DNA from: Candidatus Poribacteria bacterium
GTDB taxonomy: Bacteria; Poribacteria; WGA-4E; WGA-3G
Direction of reading: 5' to 3'
NCBI GenBank assembly: GCA_965242965.1
Contig: OZ251518.1
Span: 3,040,001-3,104,000 of the forward strand
Length of the DNA: 64,000 nucleotides
Every line of letters starts with the position of its first letter. Position 1 is the first letter of the stretch. Shown here piece by piece: positions 48,145-58,156 of this stretch. A model generated the notes under the pieces. The model was not told the DNA's origin. It did not search any database and worked only from the letters and a program-made list of their open reading frames with translations. Position numbers and translations under genes: made by a program.

Positions 48145-49710
48145 ATGAAGACCAGGGTTTTCACACTCATGATAGCCGGACTGCTCGGTTTGTTCCTGAC
48201 AACCGGGCTGTCAGCCCCAGCCGATGCAGAATACGATTATTACGCCGACCGGCTGAGTCGCGAGCATCGCGTCGCGAACGAGGTTGACGAATGGATAGAA
48301 CGCGGCAGTGCCACGATTACCGCAAGCCCCCTCTTTGACGAGGGTGTCCGGCTCACCGCCTGGGAAAGTTCCGCGCAAAACGCGGATAACTACGAATTCG
48401 CTATCGCTAGCGCAGTTTACCTCTTTGAAATTCCGAAAGGGACGCAGTCCATTGAAATCTTGGTGCGATACCGGGGTGAACCGCGTCAACTCGAAATTGA
48501 AGACTACGAAGAGTCGATTGCCGGCCGCGTCTGGATTCGCAATACCAAACGCGAACTGACACGGCGCGGTTACCACGACAAAAACGCTGACGAGACACGC
48601 TACGGGGATACCTTCGTGCTGCGCGCGAAGAACCGCTCCGAACTCATCAAAATCCCCGCAGCAGGCCATGTGAAGGATGGCTGGATGGAACTCCATGTCG
48701 TAGCGGAAGGGGGCGAGCAGCTTGATGTTGAATACGTCGAAGTCTCTGCCTATCGCAGGCAGCCGAAAGTGCGCGTCATTCAACGCTATCTGCCTACCTA
48801 TCGGTGGCGGCCGTGGCATCGGTACACCTATCTCTACTTTTACGATGGGCCCATCCATTACGCGACGGACTTTGACTACTATTACCGATGGAGTTATCCC
48901 ATCTATGAACATCATTATCTCTCCATTCGTTCGTCTTATGGGGGATATCTCGGGCGGTATCGCGCCTATTATCCGAGTGCCTATTACCGTTGCTATTCGC
49001 CCTATTACGGTTATGGGCATTACGGCTACAAGGGAACTCCGAAGGTGTATCAGCGGCGCACGCAGCTGAATCGGTGGAGCAAGCAGCACGAAACGACGCG
49101 GCGGCAGTATACGCGCAGCCGATTGTCTTCTAACAGCGGCACGGTGCGAAAACAGCTCCGCACCACGTTGGAAAACCACCGGCGGCAGGCACCTGCTACC
49201 ACACGGCGAGTCGCGCGTGACTCCATTATCTCGCAGAAACGGCGCGCTATCACCTCCGCGCAGACACTGCAGCGCAGCAAGGTGAGGCAGCGGAGTTACC
49301 GCGCGGATAGAACGCTCAGCAAACAGCGGCGGTATTCTACGAATTCCACGACGTTTGATGCGAACCGGTATCGCCGTTCAACGAGCACGCGGGAAACGCA
49401 GCCACTTTATCGCCGTTCGACGAGTTCTTCGCCGACTCGCTCCTACTCTTCCCGTTCAACGAGTTCTCGGAGTGATTTGCGGACGAAGCATCGGCGTTCT
49501 ACGACAGACAGTGAGCAACGCTCTCGTTCGCGTGTAAGCCGTTCTTCGTCTACCACCAAGTCGCGTGTGAGTCGCTCTGCGTCTTCAACGTCACGGACGC
49601 GTCCGACGACATCGTCAAGTTCGTCGCGCACGCGTTCTAGTAATAGTAGTAGTAGTGACGATGACGAACAGCGGAGTCGGACAACGCAACGGACGAAACG
49701 TCGTCGCTAA
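48145..49710 (+). CDS. Secreted hypothetical protein with Tyr-rich and Arg/Ser-rich low-complexity regions
   Basis: Signal peptide, strong RBS, own promoter and terminator. Confidence 0.7.
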   Translation: MKTRVFTLMIAGLLGLFLTTGLSAPADAEYDYYADRLSREHRVANEVDEWIERGSATITASPLFDEGVRLTAWESSAQNADNYEFAIASAVYLFEIPKGTQSIEILVRYRGEPRQLEIEDYEESIAGRVWIRNTKRELTRRGYHDKNADETRYGDTFVLRAKNRSELIKIPAAGHVKDGWMELHVVAEGGEQLDVEYVEVSAYRRQPKVRVIQRYLPTYRWRPWHRYTYLYFYDGPIHYATDFDYYYRWSYPIYEHHYLSIRSSYGGYLGRYRAYYPSAYYRCYSPYYGYGHYGYKGTPKVYQRRTQLNRWSKQHETTRRQYTRSRLSSNSGTVRKQLRTTLENHRRQAPATTRRVARDSIISQKRRAITSAQTLQRSKVRQRSYRADRTLSKQRRYSTNSTTFDANRYRRSTSTRETQPLYRRSTSSSPTRSYSSRSTSSRSDLRTKHRRSTTDSEQRSRSRVSRSSSTTKSRVSRSASSTSRTRPTTSSSSSRTRSSNSSSSDDDEQRSRTTQRTKRRR

Positions 49711-49719
49711 TTGATATTG

Positions 49720-49762
49720 GCGCGAGGCGTTCAAAATCACCGAAACGCCTCGCGTCTATTTA
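49720..49762 (+). terminator. Hairpin / probable terminator
   Basis: CGCGAGGCGTT...AACGCCTCGCG followed by TCTATTT. Confidence 0.5.
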
Positions 49763-49787
49763 GGCAATTACACACTCAGAGCCAACT

Positions 49788-50369
49788 ATGCGGTTTTTGC
49801 TCACTATTTTGCTCTTACTGATATGTCTCCCGTGCGGATTTGCTGATGAGACAGCAAGTGCCGCGCCAGAGAACGCGGCTGTCAAAGCCGAAGCGGAGAA
49901 AAAGGACGCGGCAGAAGAGAAACTCATCTCCCCGGTCGGCGCGATGGTGCGTTCCGCCATTTTTCCGGGATGGGGACAGATTTATAGCCGGCGTTATTTT
50001 CGCAGCGGGTTCATTGTGCTCGGCATCGGGGGTTCAGCCGTCGGCGCGCTGCTAGCGGAACGCTCCTTTCGGAATCGGTATAACGCTTACGCAACGCTCG
50101 CGAACCTTGAACCTGACAATGAAGAAGGCGTTTTGGCGAGTTACGAGTATGCGAATCAGCGATACAAACTCCGCATGTTTTTTCTCTACGCCGGGGTTGG
50201 ACTCTGGTTATATAGCGTCATTGACTCTTACGTGAGCGCGAATTTTTACAACGCGACGGCGCAAATCCGTTCTATTCAGCATGACGCAGACGAAATCGAA
50301 AAAAAATTAGGAATTCAAGTCGGTGCCTCGCCTTCACGCCTCTATTTGGGCATCGTCAAAACTTTTTAA
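49788..50369 (+). CDS. DUF5683-like membrane protein
   Basis: AMVRSAIFPGWGQIY; WLYSVIDSYVSA. Confidence 0.7.
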   Translation: MRFLLTILLLLICLPCGFADETASAAPENAAVKAEAEKKDAAEEKLISPVGAMVRSAIFPGWGQIYSRRYFRSGFIVLGIGGSAVGALLAERSFRNRYNAYATLANLEPDNEEGVLASYEYANQRYKLRMFFLYAGVGLWLYSVIDSYVSANFYNATAQIRSIQHDADEIEKKLGIQVGASPSRLYLGIVKTF

Positions 50370-50386
50370 AGAGAGGATATTTCACC

Positions 50387-50971
50387 ATGTTCACCATGTT
50401 CAGGACTTTCACAATCTCGCGAGTTGCACTTGCACTCGGCGTGTTTTGCCTGCTCATCAGTTTAACCGGGTGCGGGGACGTTGAAAAGGTCAATCAGGTG
50501 CCCCCCGAAGAACTCCTCGCGATCAACGCTGTCTTAAAACAGTGGCGCGAAGGGTATGAATTGGAAGACATTGAAACTTACATCAAGGCTTTCTGGGAAG
50601 AAGGCTTCCTTTACGTATCCGATTTAGGCACCGATGGCGATAAAACCGATGACCTGCTGTTTGACGACATCCGCGATGAGCGCGCCTCTGCCATCCGTGT
50701 CTTTTCGCAATTTCAGGATATTGAGATAGAGCTCTCTGTCCCACCGGAAATAGAACTCAACCAGGAAAGCGACCGGGCTGAAGTGCGGAATCACTATCGC
50801 ATCCAAGGGTTCGTCGCCGATGGCGAGTCGTTGGAAGGTGGGTATACCGGTTGGTTCGCCGAGGGCGATAACCTTTTCATCTTTGAAAAGCGCAACGGTG
50901 AATGGCGTATCTCCGAGTGGCATGACGAAGCCTTCAACGACGAAGAAATTCGCATCGCCAATAATTTGTAA
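50387..50971 (+). CDS. Lipoprotein, probable NTF2/SnoaL-like fold
   Basis: Lipobox LTGC; W..GYE..DIE.Y; FEKRNGEWRISEWHD. Confidence 0.65.
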   Translation: MFTMFRTFTISRVALALGVFCLLISLTGCGDVEKVNQVPPEELLAINAVLKQWREGYELEDIETYIKAFWEEGFLYVSDLGTDGDKTDDLLFDDIRDERASAIRVFSQFQDIEIELSVPPEIELNQESDRAEVRNHYRIQGFVADGESLEGGYTGWFAEGDNLFIFEKRNGEWRISEWHDEAFNDEEIRIANNL

Positions 50972-51015
50972 GGCTCAAGCGTTAGGGTGGATTTCTATAT
51001 CCACCCCCTGAGGCC

Positions 51016-51150
51016 CGTAGCGCGGGGGCCTGTCCCCCGCTGAGCCCGCTTGTGCCCGTAGCGCGGGGGCCTGTCCCCCGCGATGGCCCGTTTCTCGCGT
51101 GTGCTGATGCACCCGATTGAGAACGTAGCGCGGGGGCCTGTCCCCCGCGA
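51016..51150 (+). repeat. Three direct copies of a GTAG REP
   Basis: GTAGCGCGGGGGCCTGTCCCCCGC occurs three times. Confidence 0.85.
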
Positions 51151-51207
51151 TGATTTTCTCCCGAAATCGAATCAAAGGAAGGCAATTTTTTGCCCCATCA
51201 TCCCCTC

Positions 51208-52614
51208 ATGCCGCAAAGCGAAGAACATCTCCGCGACTACTTCCAACTTCTCCGAAAGCATGATTTCACCATCTGCTTGTGTGTTTTGCTTGTCCTCGGC
51301 ACTGCCCTTGTCGTCACCCTGCGTTTGCCGAAGACGTATGCAGCCTCTACCTTAATGCAACTCGTCCAACCGAGTCCCACGCCGTCGCTTTCCTCAACCA
51401 ACCTGTTTCAAAGCGTCTTGTCCGGCGGCGGGGATAGGCGCGCGATGGAGACGCTCAGCAGCCGCTTCACCACAGAATCTATGTTGCACACGGCAATGAC
51501 AAATCTGGAAGACACGCGGGACATCGCAGGCGTAGTCTATCTGCCTACTATCGGCAAACTCAAACGGGTGTTGACAGCGCAGGTGCAACCCGATTCCGAT
51601 TACATCGTGCTGACGCTGGAATTGACGGAAGCGGAAGGCGGCGAACGAAACGCCGCGCTCCTCGTCAATCAACTCGTTGAAGATATGCAAGTGTTGCGCA
51701 GCGTCGATGAGCAGACGAAACTCGCCGAACGCCGACGCTTCCTCAACGAAAAACAGAAGGAGCTTGAACGCGAGACAGACAAATCTCTCAATGCCATCCT
51801 TCAGTTCGTCCGCGAAAATGGGAGTCCCGAAATCTGGACACCGATGCTCAGCAATTTACTTGAACGGCGCGCCAGTTTAAAAACAGCATTAGCAGCGACG
51901 GAACAAAACCTTGAGACGACGCGCACGCAACTCGCGTATTTAGAGGAAAAACTTCGCCAGCTTCCCGAACAAGTGCCACTCTCCGAAACGCCGACACACA
52001 ACCCTGTCTGGCTTTTTCAGCAGGAGAAACTCTTCGCGCTCAAATCGCAACGGGTGGCGGATGCTGAAAAGGTCGGCAAGGATGTCTCGGAGTTGAAGGG
52101 ATTGGACGCGCAAATTAAGGAAGTGGCGGCAGAAGCCGAACGCACCGCGCCAACGACGACGACAGTCACCTCCGGCCCCTCTCCACGCTATAGTTATATC
52201 CAAAATCAGTTATTGGAGTTCACACTGGCACTTTCACGATACGAAAACGCGCAGCGACAGTTAAAAGAGCAACTCCGGCAACTGAATACGGAATTGGAGC
52301 AGTTGATAGCACAGTTCCCCGAAAACCAATATCTCCTCACGCAGTTGCTGGCGCGGGTTCAGAAAACGAACGCGCTGATGGCGGAGATTGCGAAGCGCGC
52401 ACTGGAAGCGGAAATTTTAAGCGCGGAAGCCACCGTGCCAACTTCTCGCAATCAGTTAGGCGGCATTGAAATCATTGACAGAGCTGTCCCAAGAAAGATT
52501 CCTGTGAGTCCGCAACTCAAACTCATCGTCATCATCGCCGGGGTTGCAGGCTTGACATTGGGGGTAAGCATCGCGTTGTGCCTTGAGTATTTTTTACCTA
52601 CTGAGGACAGATAG
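51208..52614 (+). CDS. GumC/Wzz-like polysaccharide co-polymerase
   Basis: HLRDYFQLLRK, TM helix, PKTY.AS, long coiled coil, IIDRA.P..P.SP, C-terminal TM helix. Confidence 0.75.
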   Translation: MPQSEEHLRDYFQLLRKHDFTICLCVLLVLGTALVVTLRLPKTYAASTLMQLVQPSPTPSLSSTNLFQSVLSGGGDRRAMETLSSRFTTESMLHTAMTNLEDTRDIAGVVYLPTIGKLKRVLTAQVQPDSDYIVLTLELTEAEGGERNAALLVNQLVEDMQVLRSVDEQTKLAERRRFLNEKQKELERETDKSLNAILQFVRENGSPEIWTPMLSNLLERRASLKTALAATEQNLETTRTQLAYLEEKLRQLPEQVPLSETPTHNPVWLFQQEKLFALKSQRVADAEKVGKDVSELKGLDAQIKEVAAEAERTAPTTTTVTSGPSPRYSYIQNQLLEFTLALSRYENAQRQLKEQLRQLNTELEQLIAQFPENQYLLTQLLARVQKTNALMAEIAKRALEAEILSAEATVPTSRNQLGGIEIIDRAVPRKIPVSPQLKLIVIIAGVAGLTLGVSIALCLEYFLPTEDR

Positions 52615-52680
52615 AGACATCTGTCCTTTGTCCTTACAATTCTTCCAAAACTAAATCGTTCTGCTGAAATTTCATATTGC

Positions 52681-52709
52681 TTGACATTTATCAGAAATGA
52701 GGGTATAAT
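52681..52709 (+). promoter_or_regulatory. Consensus promoter, probably producing a leaderless mRNA
   Basis: TTGACA (52681), 17 nt, TATAAT (52704-52709); ATG at 52716 with no RBS. An imperfect inverted repeat TTCTG...TCA / TGA...CAGAA covers the -35 box. Confidence 0.7.
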
Positions 52710-52715
52710 AATTAA

Positions 52716-53447
52716 ATGTTAACTTATGCACAAAACCCTCGGGTCTATCTCGATCCGACGGTTATCAGTTACTTCGTGGCGGACCCCAGCAAAAACCCAC
52801 AACTCGCCTTGTGGCAAAGGGAAAGCCGCCGCTTTTGGAACGACTTCCAGGATCAATTTGTGTTTGTGGTTTCTGACACGGTTCTGGATGAAATCCGCAG
52901 AGGTGACGCGATGCAGGCCAAGAAACGGCTTGCTGCAGTCGCACAATTTACCGTATTGTTGGAGACACCCGAGGCGGTTGCGCTCACACAGCAGCTGCTC
53001 GCCGCGGGTGCCGTGCCAGAAAGCGCGGCATCGGACGCAGAGCATATTGCCATCGCCACGGTGCATGGTGTGGATTATCTTGTTTCGTGGAACCACAAGC
53101 ATCTTGTGAATGTCCACCAACTCAGGCGAATCAACCGTGTGTGCGAAGCGGCGGGGTTTCGGCCTGCCATTATCTGCACACCGACAACCTTAATGGAGGG
53201 ACTTGTCATGAAAGAAAAATTCGTTGGGAAGTGTTATCTCCCCGGCTTCGATCCGGAGACTTACACGGATCCGGTTCTTGAAGAGTGCTACCGTATCAAG
53301 CGGGAAATCAGCGAGGAGTTCAAGACTGCCGAGGAACGCCACGCGTATTTAGTTGCCTTCGAGATAGAGAATCGGAAGAAGGGCTACAACTATGCGCCGA
53401 TTCCACCGCATCTGGAGCGGTATCCTCATCAGGAGGACGTAGACTAA
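52716..53447 (+). CDS. PIN-domain (VapC-like) protein fused in frame to a putative antitoxin module
   Basis: VYLD.TVISY, SDTVLDEI..GD, DAEHIAIA, YLVSWN.KHL, AIICTP; then internal GGAGG+ATG 53208 and a DPVLEECYRIKREI domain. Confidence 0.78.
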   Translation: MLTYAQNPRVYLDPTVISYFVADPSKNPQLALWQRESRRFWNDFQDQFVFVVSDTVLDEIRRGDAMQAKKRLAAVAQFTVLLETPEAVALTQQLLAAGAVPESAASDAEHIAIATVHGVDYLVSWNHKHLVNVHQLRRINRVCEAAGFRPAIICTPTTLMEGLVMKEKFVGKCYLPGFDPETYTDPVLEECYRIKREISEEFKTAEERHAYLVAFEIENRKKGYNYAPIPPHLERYPHQEDVD

Positions 53448-53616
53448 TCCTGATGCCACTCCCCTAGCGTAACGGGGGAACCTGTCCGCTGCGATGCTGC
53501 GCCGCTTTACATCCGGTAATGTCCACCAACTGCGGCGAATCAACCGGGTGTGCGAAGCGGCGGGGTTTCGGCCTGCCATTATCTGCACACCGACAACCTT
53601 AATGGAGGGACTTGTC

Positions 53617-53853
53617 ATGAAAGAAATAATTCAAAAGTATCCGGTTCCTGATTTCGATCCGGAGACTTACACGGATCCGGTTCTTGAAGAGTGCTACCGT
53701 ATCAAGCGGGAAATCAGCGAGGAGTTTGAGACTTACGAGGAATACAGCGCGTATTTAATTGCCCTAGAGATAGAGAATCGGAAGAAGGGGCACAAATATG
53801 CGCCGATTCCACCGCATTTGGAGCGGTATCCTCATCAGGAGGACGTAGACTAA
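53617..53853 (+). CDS. Second, diverged copy of the putative antitoxin module (78 aa)
   Basis: Same TTAATGGAGGGACTTGTC-ATG start; part of tandem unit 53518 to about 53915. Confidence 0.65.
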   Translation: MKEIIQKYPVPDFDPETYTDPVLEECYRIKREISEEFETYEEYSAYLIALEIENRKKGHKYAPIPPHLERYPHQEDVD

Positions 53854-53977
53854 TCCTGACTCCACTCCCATCGCGCAAGGGGGAAAACCTGTCCGCCGCG
53901 AGGCTGCGCCGCTTTCCACAGGCGGCGCGCCCGATACGTGTCAGGGTGGAAATTAAAAATCCGCCCTGACACCTGAG

Positions 53978-54023
53978 AAATCTGCATAAAAATATAGACA
54001 TTTTTATGCAGATTTTGTATAAT
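53978..54023 (+). promoter_or_regulatory. Promoter overlapped by a perfect 16-bp-arm palindrome
   Basis: AAATCTGCATAAAAAT-atagac-ATTTTTATGCAGATTT; TAGACA-17-TATAAT. Confidence 0.6.
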
Positions 54024-54591
54024 ATCATCAATAAGCATTGGCGCGAAAACGGCATCAATTCGCGCACGCCGATTTTTATTCAACACCCGCGCGCTTGCGC
54101 CAGAGACATTCTGTTTTTGATGAGAACGTCATTTTCGTCTACGTGGTCCTGAATCGCGCTGCACTCGCGCGGAATACGCTTGAAAAAATACTGCATTTTA
54201 TGGTATCATGTGGCAAAATCATATCACATACAATGCGGATACCTTTTTTCTGCAAAAATAATGTTGACAGAAAATCGGATTTCTGTTATATTTAAACTAA
54301 ATAGCATTTTGTGAAAATCTTATCAATCTTTTGATGCACATTTCTCACAAAACGCCCCTTAATGCGTTGTCGCGAGGCTGATTCCCTGCAATGGCGCGGC
54401 ATTCCGTGCAATGCCACGAACGCACCTGAACGTTCAACTTAAACGGACAACAGCGGTTTTTCGTTTACACGCTCAGGCAGTTTCTGCAACGAATTAAGGT
54501 TTTTGTCGGAGTCGGAGCCGGGGCGGCTCGGTGGCTCACCGGTGACTGCCTCTATCTGACTCAATTATTCCCAAGGAGGAAAAACAAACTA

Positions 54592-57500
54592 ATGAACGAG
54601 TTAAGACAATCTTTTGATGTTTTGCTTGTAGTCACTTGCATCCTGAGCGCGTTTGTGCTCTACGGCTGTGGCGCGCAGAGCCTCGGGCCGCAAGAACCCC
54701 TCTTACCTACGATTGAGGGTGGTGCTAAATTCTCTGCACGATTCCAATTGGAGGAAGAACCGCAGTTCTTCTATGACCTGTTCGGTAAGGAGCTGCTTGA
54801 GGGTAACGAAGTCTATAACTATCGCGAGCAAAAAGGTTTCAACCAGAACGGCGAATTGATTGTCGGTTGGACCGGACAGCTGGATAGTGAACGATTCTCA
54901 GCGCAGCTGGACAGGACTGTCTTAACGGAAGACAGTTTCCGCGGACGTTATACCGAATTTGCTATCGGCGATGACATGCGCTTCAAGCCCGCGACGTTGT
55001 TCCCGAACCGCTACATTCTCTACAAAACAGAGTTTGACGGATTCCGCTGGGATATCTCCTTCGCGCAGGAACGGCACCTCTTTACGCTGATTAACTCGCG
55101 TATCTCAAACCCTGTCAAATTGACAGACGCGGCGGCGAACCTTGCACCGACACTCGGCCGCCGAAACGGGTTGAATGAGGATGCAGGGGTGCGGCACATT
55201 GAAAACGCACGCCTCGTCGGGTTCCGCATGCAAGGACTCCTCGGTGACATCTTCCGCGTCGGGTTTACCTACGTCAATCTGCACAAGGAACACCCCGAAC
55301 GCGTGGAAAACCCACTCATGGGAACCGTTGCTAATACACCGCCGGAATCCATCTCCGTCGTCTTCCGCGATGACTCGCCCGAAGACAATCACGGAGTCGT
55401 CACCCAATTCTCTGGGTATGACGAAAACAAACATGGACAGAACATCCAAGGCGGTGTCGGCGCAGCTTTCAAATCCATGACTGTGACGGTAATCACGCAG
55501 GCGACAGAAGAACTCACGGCTGAAGAAATTGCTGACGGCGTGGAACCCGCCATTCAGCCGGAGCAGACGCAGAAAATTGAGGTGTTTGTCAACGATATTA
55601 CGCCTATTGATGTCGGCGGACTCCCATCCGAAATTCGCGACTCTGTTGATGGCGAATGGAAGATTGTGGACGGGTTCAATAAAATGAAATATGACCTCAT
55701 TTTTGAAGAACACGACATCGAACCGCGCACCGTCAAATCCGTTGTCTTTGACATGGTGGTAGCCGGTGATTACAACATCGCTGTCATCGGTGTCAGTGCA
55801 GCGAATAGAGCCGCCGAAGGCGCAGACCCCGTCGTCGAAGAATGGATTAAAACCGAAGACGGACACATTGAAATGCCCTACCGCGATGTCATCCAAGCAC
55901 CCGGCAACTACGGGCAATCCTCGGATTACACGAGCAATCGCGCAAGCCTCTACGATAATCCCAGTGACTGGGACGGCGAAGGCAGACCGCGGAAAGTCCG
56001 GTATCGCTACGGTGCCGCACGAGCCGCACTCCTTTACGGACTTGACCTGGAAGGAACAATCGGTAATGTCTTCTTACGGGCACACTACTCTATTAACGGG
56101 AAATACAAACAGTATCCCACGCTGCCCAAGGACAAGGTAGGGTTCAGCCGCACGACGACGACTATCATCAGTGATGAAGGCGATGAGGAAGAAACCGGTA
56201 TCTCCATCGATCCCGCCACCGGGTTAACTTTGGACCGGAACGGGATACCTACCTATGCCGAAACCGAAGGCGAACGCTTTGAAGCACGCCTCGGCGGAGA
56301 CGGCACCGATGAAAGCGGCGATGGCCAACTCGGCAGAGAAAGCGCATGGTTCGTCCAACTCCGCTCGCGCTTCGGTAAACTGTATCTCGAAGGAGTCTGG
56401 TACCACATCGACCCGGGCTACACCACTACCTATCTGAACTTCGGGTCTAATACCGACAGAGATCAGACTTACTCGTTGGAACGAACACCCGAATCGCAGT
56501 CTGAGACAGACCCGTGGGACGAAGTCAACTACGCGCTCATTGAAGATGACGATGATGACGACGATTGGCCGGACGACATCGATTTCGATGGTGTCCTCCC
56601 GCGTGCTGATGATAGGGACCAGAACGGTGTCCTGGACTTCCAAGAGGACTTCCTCATCTTTGACGCAGACCCGCCCGTGTTCACCGACCTGGTCGATCTG
56701 AACAATAACGGCACTATCGACTCGCTTGAAGATGATTTTGAACCGCAATATGAATACGGCGTTGACAGGGCAGGCTATCATCTTGTCGCAGAGTATGACC
56801 TGCTGGATAACCTCTCTCTCAAAGTCGGGTGGTTAAACGAAAGCGAAGTCTCAAGTCGTCGGCAGAACGATTCCAGATACCTGCATGTCACCTATCAGCG
56901 TGACATTCCGGACTTTGGAACCGTGCTCTTCCAGAACCGGTTCGTCCGCGTTCGGGATGACATTCCGGATTATACCATCACGTTGCGTGTCGGTGAATTG
57001 GAGCCGGTCCAAATCTCTGATGAGTTGGATTACTACAATGCGCGTGTCAACACGACGACGCTCCAGTTCCTCTATACGGCGATTCCGAACTTAACCCTCG
57101 AAGCGAAGTTCCTCGTCGTCTTGCAGCATCAGTATGAGCAGGACGAGGAGAGCGCAATCTTCTTGGATGTTGAGTATGATGCGCAGACGGAAAACTTTGA
57201 GGCAGACGAGCGCGTTGACTTCATGGTGCCTGTTGAACAGGTGCGTGCTTCGGGTGAGAAGCGGGAATACCCGTTCTATCCGGACCACGGTATTAACGCC
57301 TTGGATGCGGAAGACCCGGGCCTCATCTACGATTCGGAGAACTGGAAGACACGCCGCTATCCCGAACGGGATATTCGGAATCAGCAGACGATTCTGAAGG
57401 CGCGCTATGAGATTCCGCTCGGCGATTTGCCGTTCATCGACAGAATCGGTGAAGATTTGACACTCACGCCGATGGTGAAATACATCTGGGATCGGGCATT

Positions 57501-57918
57501 TGATAGAGGTGCCGAAGAGATTCCGGATGCGCTCAACCCGCGCTTGTTCGTGCCGACTGATGACGAACCCGTTGAATACTTGCGTTTCAACCGCCGGAGC
57601 CGTGAAGACGTGCTCGGCGTGCGGCTTGATTATCAGTTCACGCAGCGGATGAACATCCTCGGCGGCTTCCAATACCGGAAATTCACCAACCGGGATAACA
57701 ACTTCAAGAACTACTTGACGAACTTCCCGGCTGATGAAGACACCCCGGTCCTCTTCCGGCCAGACCTGCGGACGCGTATCTTTGAAGTCCAAGCCATCAA
57801 CCGTGGGGAATGGCTCGGCTTTAACATCGTTATCCTTGCAGGTTACCGCCGGACCACCATCCTCCTCGAAAACACGACGAGTAACACGACGTTCGTTCGA
57901 GCGATGATGGGGTTCTAA
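54592..57918 (+). CDS. Large acidic lipoprotein / outer-membrane-like protein of unknown function
   Basis: AAGGAGG RBS, lipobox LYGC, DxDxDG/DxNxNG Ca-binding-like motifs, alternating amphipathic strands, terminal Phe. Confidence 0.7.
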   Translation: MNELRQSFDVLLVVTCILSAFVLYGCGAQSLGPQEPLLPTIEGGAKFSARFQLEEEPQFFYDLFGKELLEGNEVYNYREQKGFNQNGELIVGWTGQLDSERFSAQLDRTVLTEDSFRGRYTEFAIGDDMRFKPATLFPNRYILYKTEFDGFRWDISFAQERHLFTLINSRISNPVKLTDAAANLAPTLGRRNGLNEDAGVRHIENARLVGFRMQGLLGDIFRVGFTYVNLHKEHPERVENPLMGTVANTPPESISVVFRDDSPEDNHGVVTQFSGYDENKHGQNIQGGVGAAFKSMTVTVITQATEELTAEEIADGVEPAIQPEQTQKIEVFVNDITPIDVGGLPSEIRDSVDGEWKIVDGFNKMKYDLIFEEHDIEPRTVKSVVFDMVVAGDYNIAVIGVSAANRAAEGADPVVEEWIKTEDGHIEMPYRDVIQAPGNYGQSSDYTSNRASLYDNPSDWDGEGRPRKVRYRYGAARAALLYGLDLEGTIGNVFLRAHYSINGKYKQYPTLPKDKVGFSRTTTTIISDEGDEEETGISIDPATGLTLDRNGIPTYAETEGERFEARLGGDGTDESGDGQLGRESAWFVQLRSRFGKLYLEGVWYHIDPGYTTTYLNFGSNTDRDQTYSLERTPESQSETDPWDEVNYALIEDDDDDDDWPDDIDFDGVLPRADDRDQNGVLDFQEDFLIFDADPPVFTDLVDLNNNGTIDSLEDDFEPQYEYGVDRAGYHLVAEYDLLDNLSLKVGWLNESEVSSRRQNDSRYLHVTYQRDIPDFGTVLFQNRFVRVRDDIPDYTITLRVGELEPVQISDELDYYNARVNTTTLQFLYTAIPNLTLEAKFLVVLQHQYEQDEESAIFLDVEYDAQTENFEADERVDFMVPVEQVRASGEKREYPFYPDHGINALDAEDPGLIYDSENWKTRRYPERDIRNQQTILKARYEIPLGDLPFIDRIGEDLTLTPMVKYIWDRAFDRGAEEIPDALNPRLFVPTDDEPVEYLRFNRRSREDVLGVRLDYQFTQRMNILGGFQYRKFTNRDNNFKNYLTNFPADEDTPVLFRPDLRTRIFEVQAINRGEWLGFNIVILAGYRRTTILLENTTSNTTFVRAMMGF

Positions 57919-58156
57919 ACTTGTTTGTGGCGAATTGGGCACGATGCATTCGTGCCCAAAAGCCCATTTGTCTCCCGCGCTTCAGCGCGGGAGAAACCGA
58001 TAAGCATACCTGAAAAAAGTGCGTAACTTATGAACGACTCAGGTGTTAAAACTTTAGAAACTTGAAGGGAATGTTGCGGCTGATTTAAGACGCGTCGTTG
58101 GAAACCGCGCCGATAGCCCGGCACCCTCAAGTTACCCTAAGGAGGAATGATAACGA

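Noticed and set aside
45560-53915. Diversity-generating retroelement TR/VR pairs for the two tandem duplications
   Set aside because: Differences include C/T, T/G and C/G changes and indels, not adenine-specific changes, and there is no reverse transcriptase in the window.
2791-57942. Long antisense ORFs (e.g. 2791-3606, 26477-27571, 48211-49179, 55105-55917, 57091-57942)
   Set aside because: They are shadows of well-supported genes on the opposite strand in GC-rich DNA and contain no motifs.
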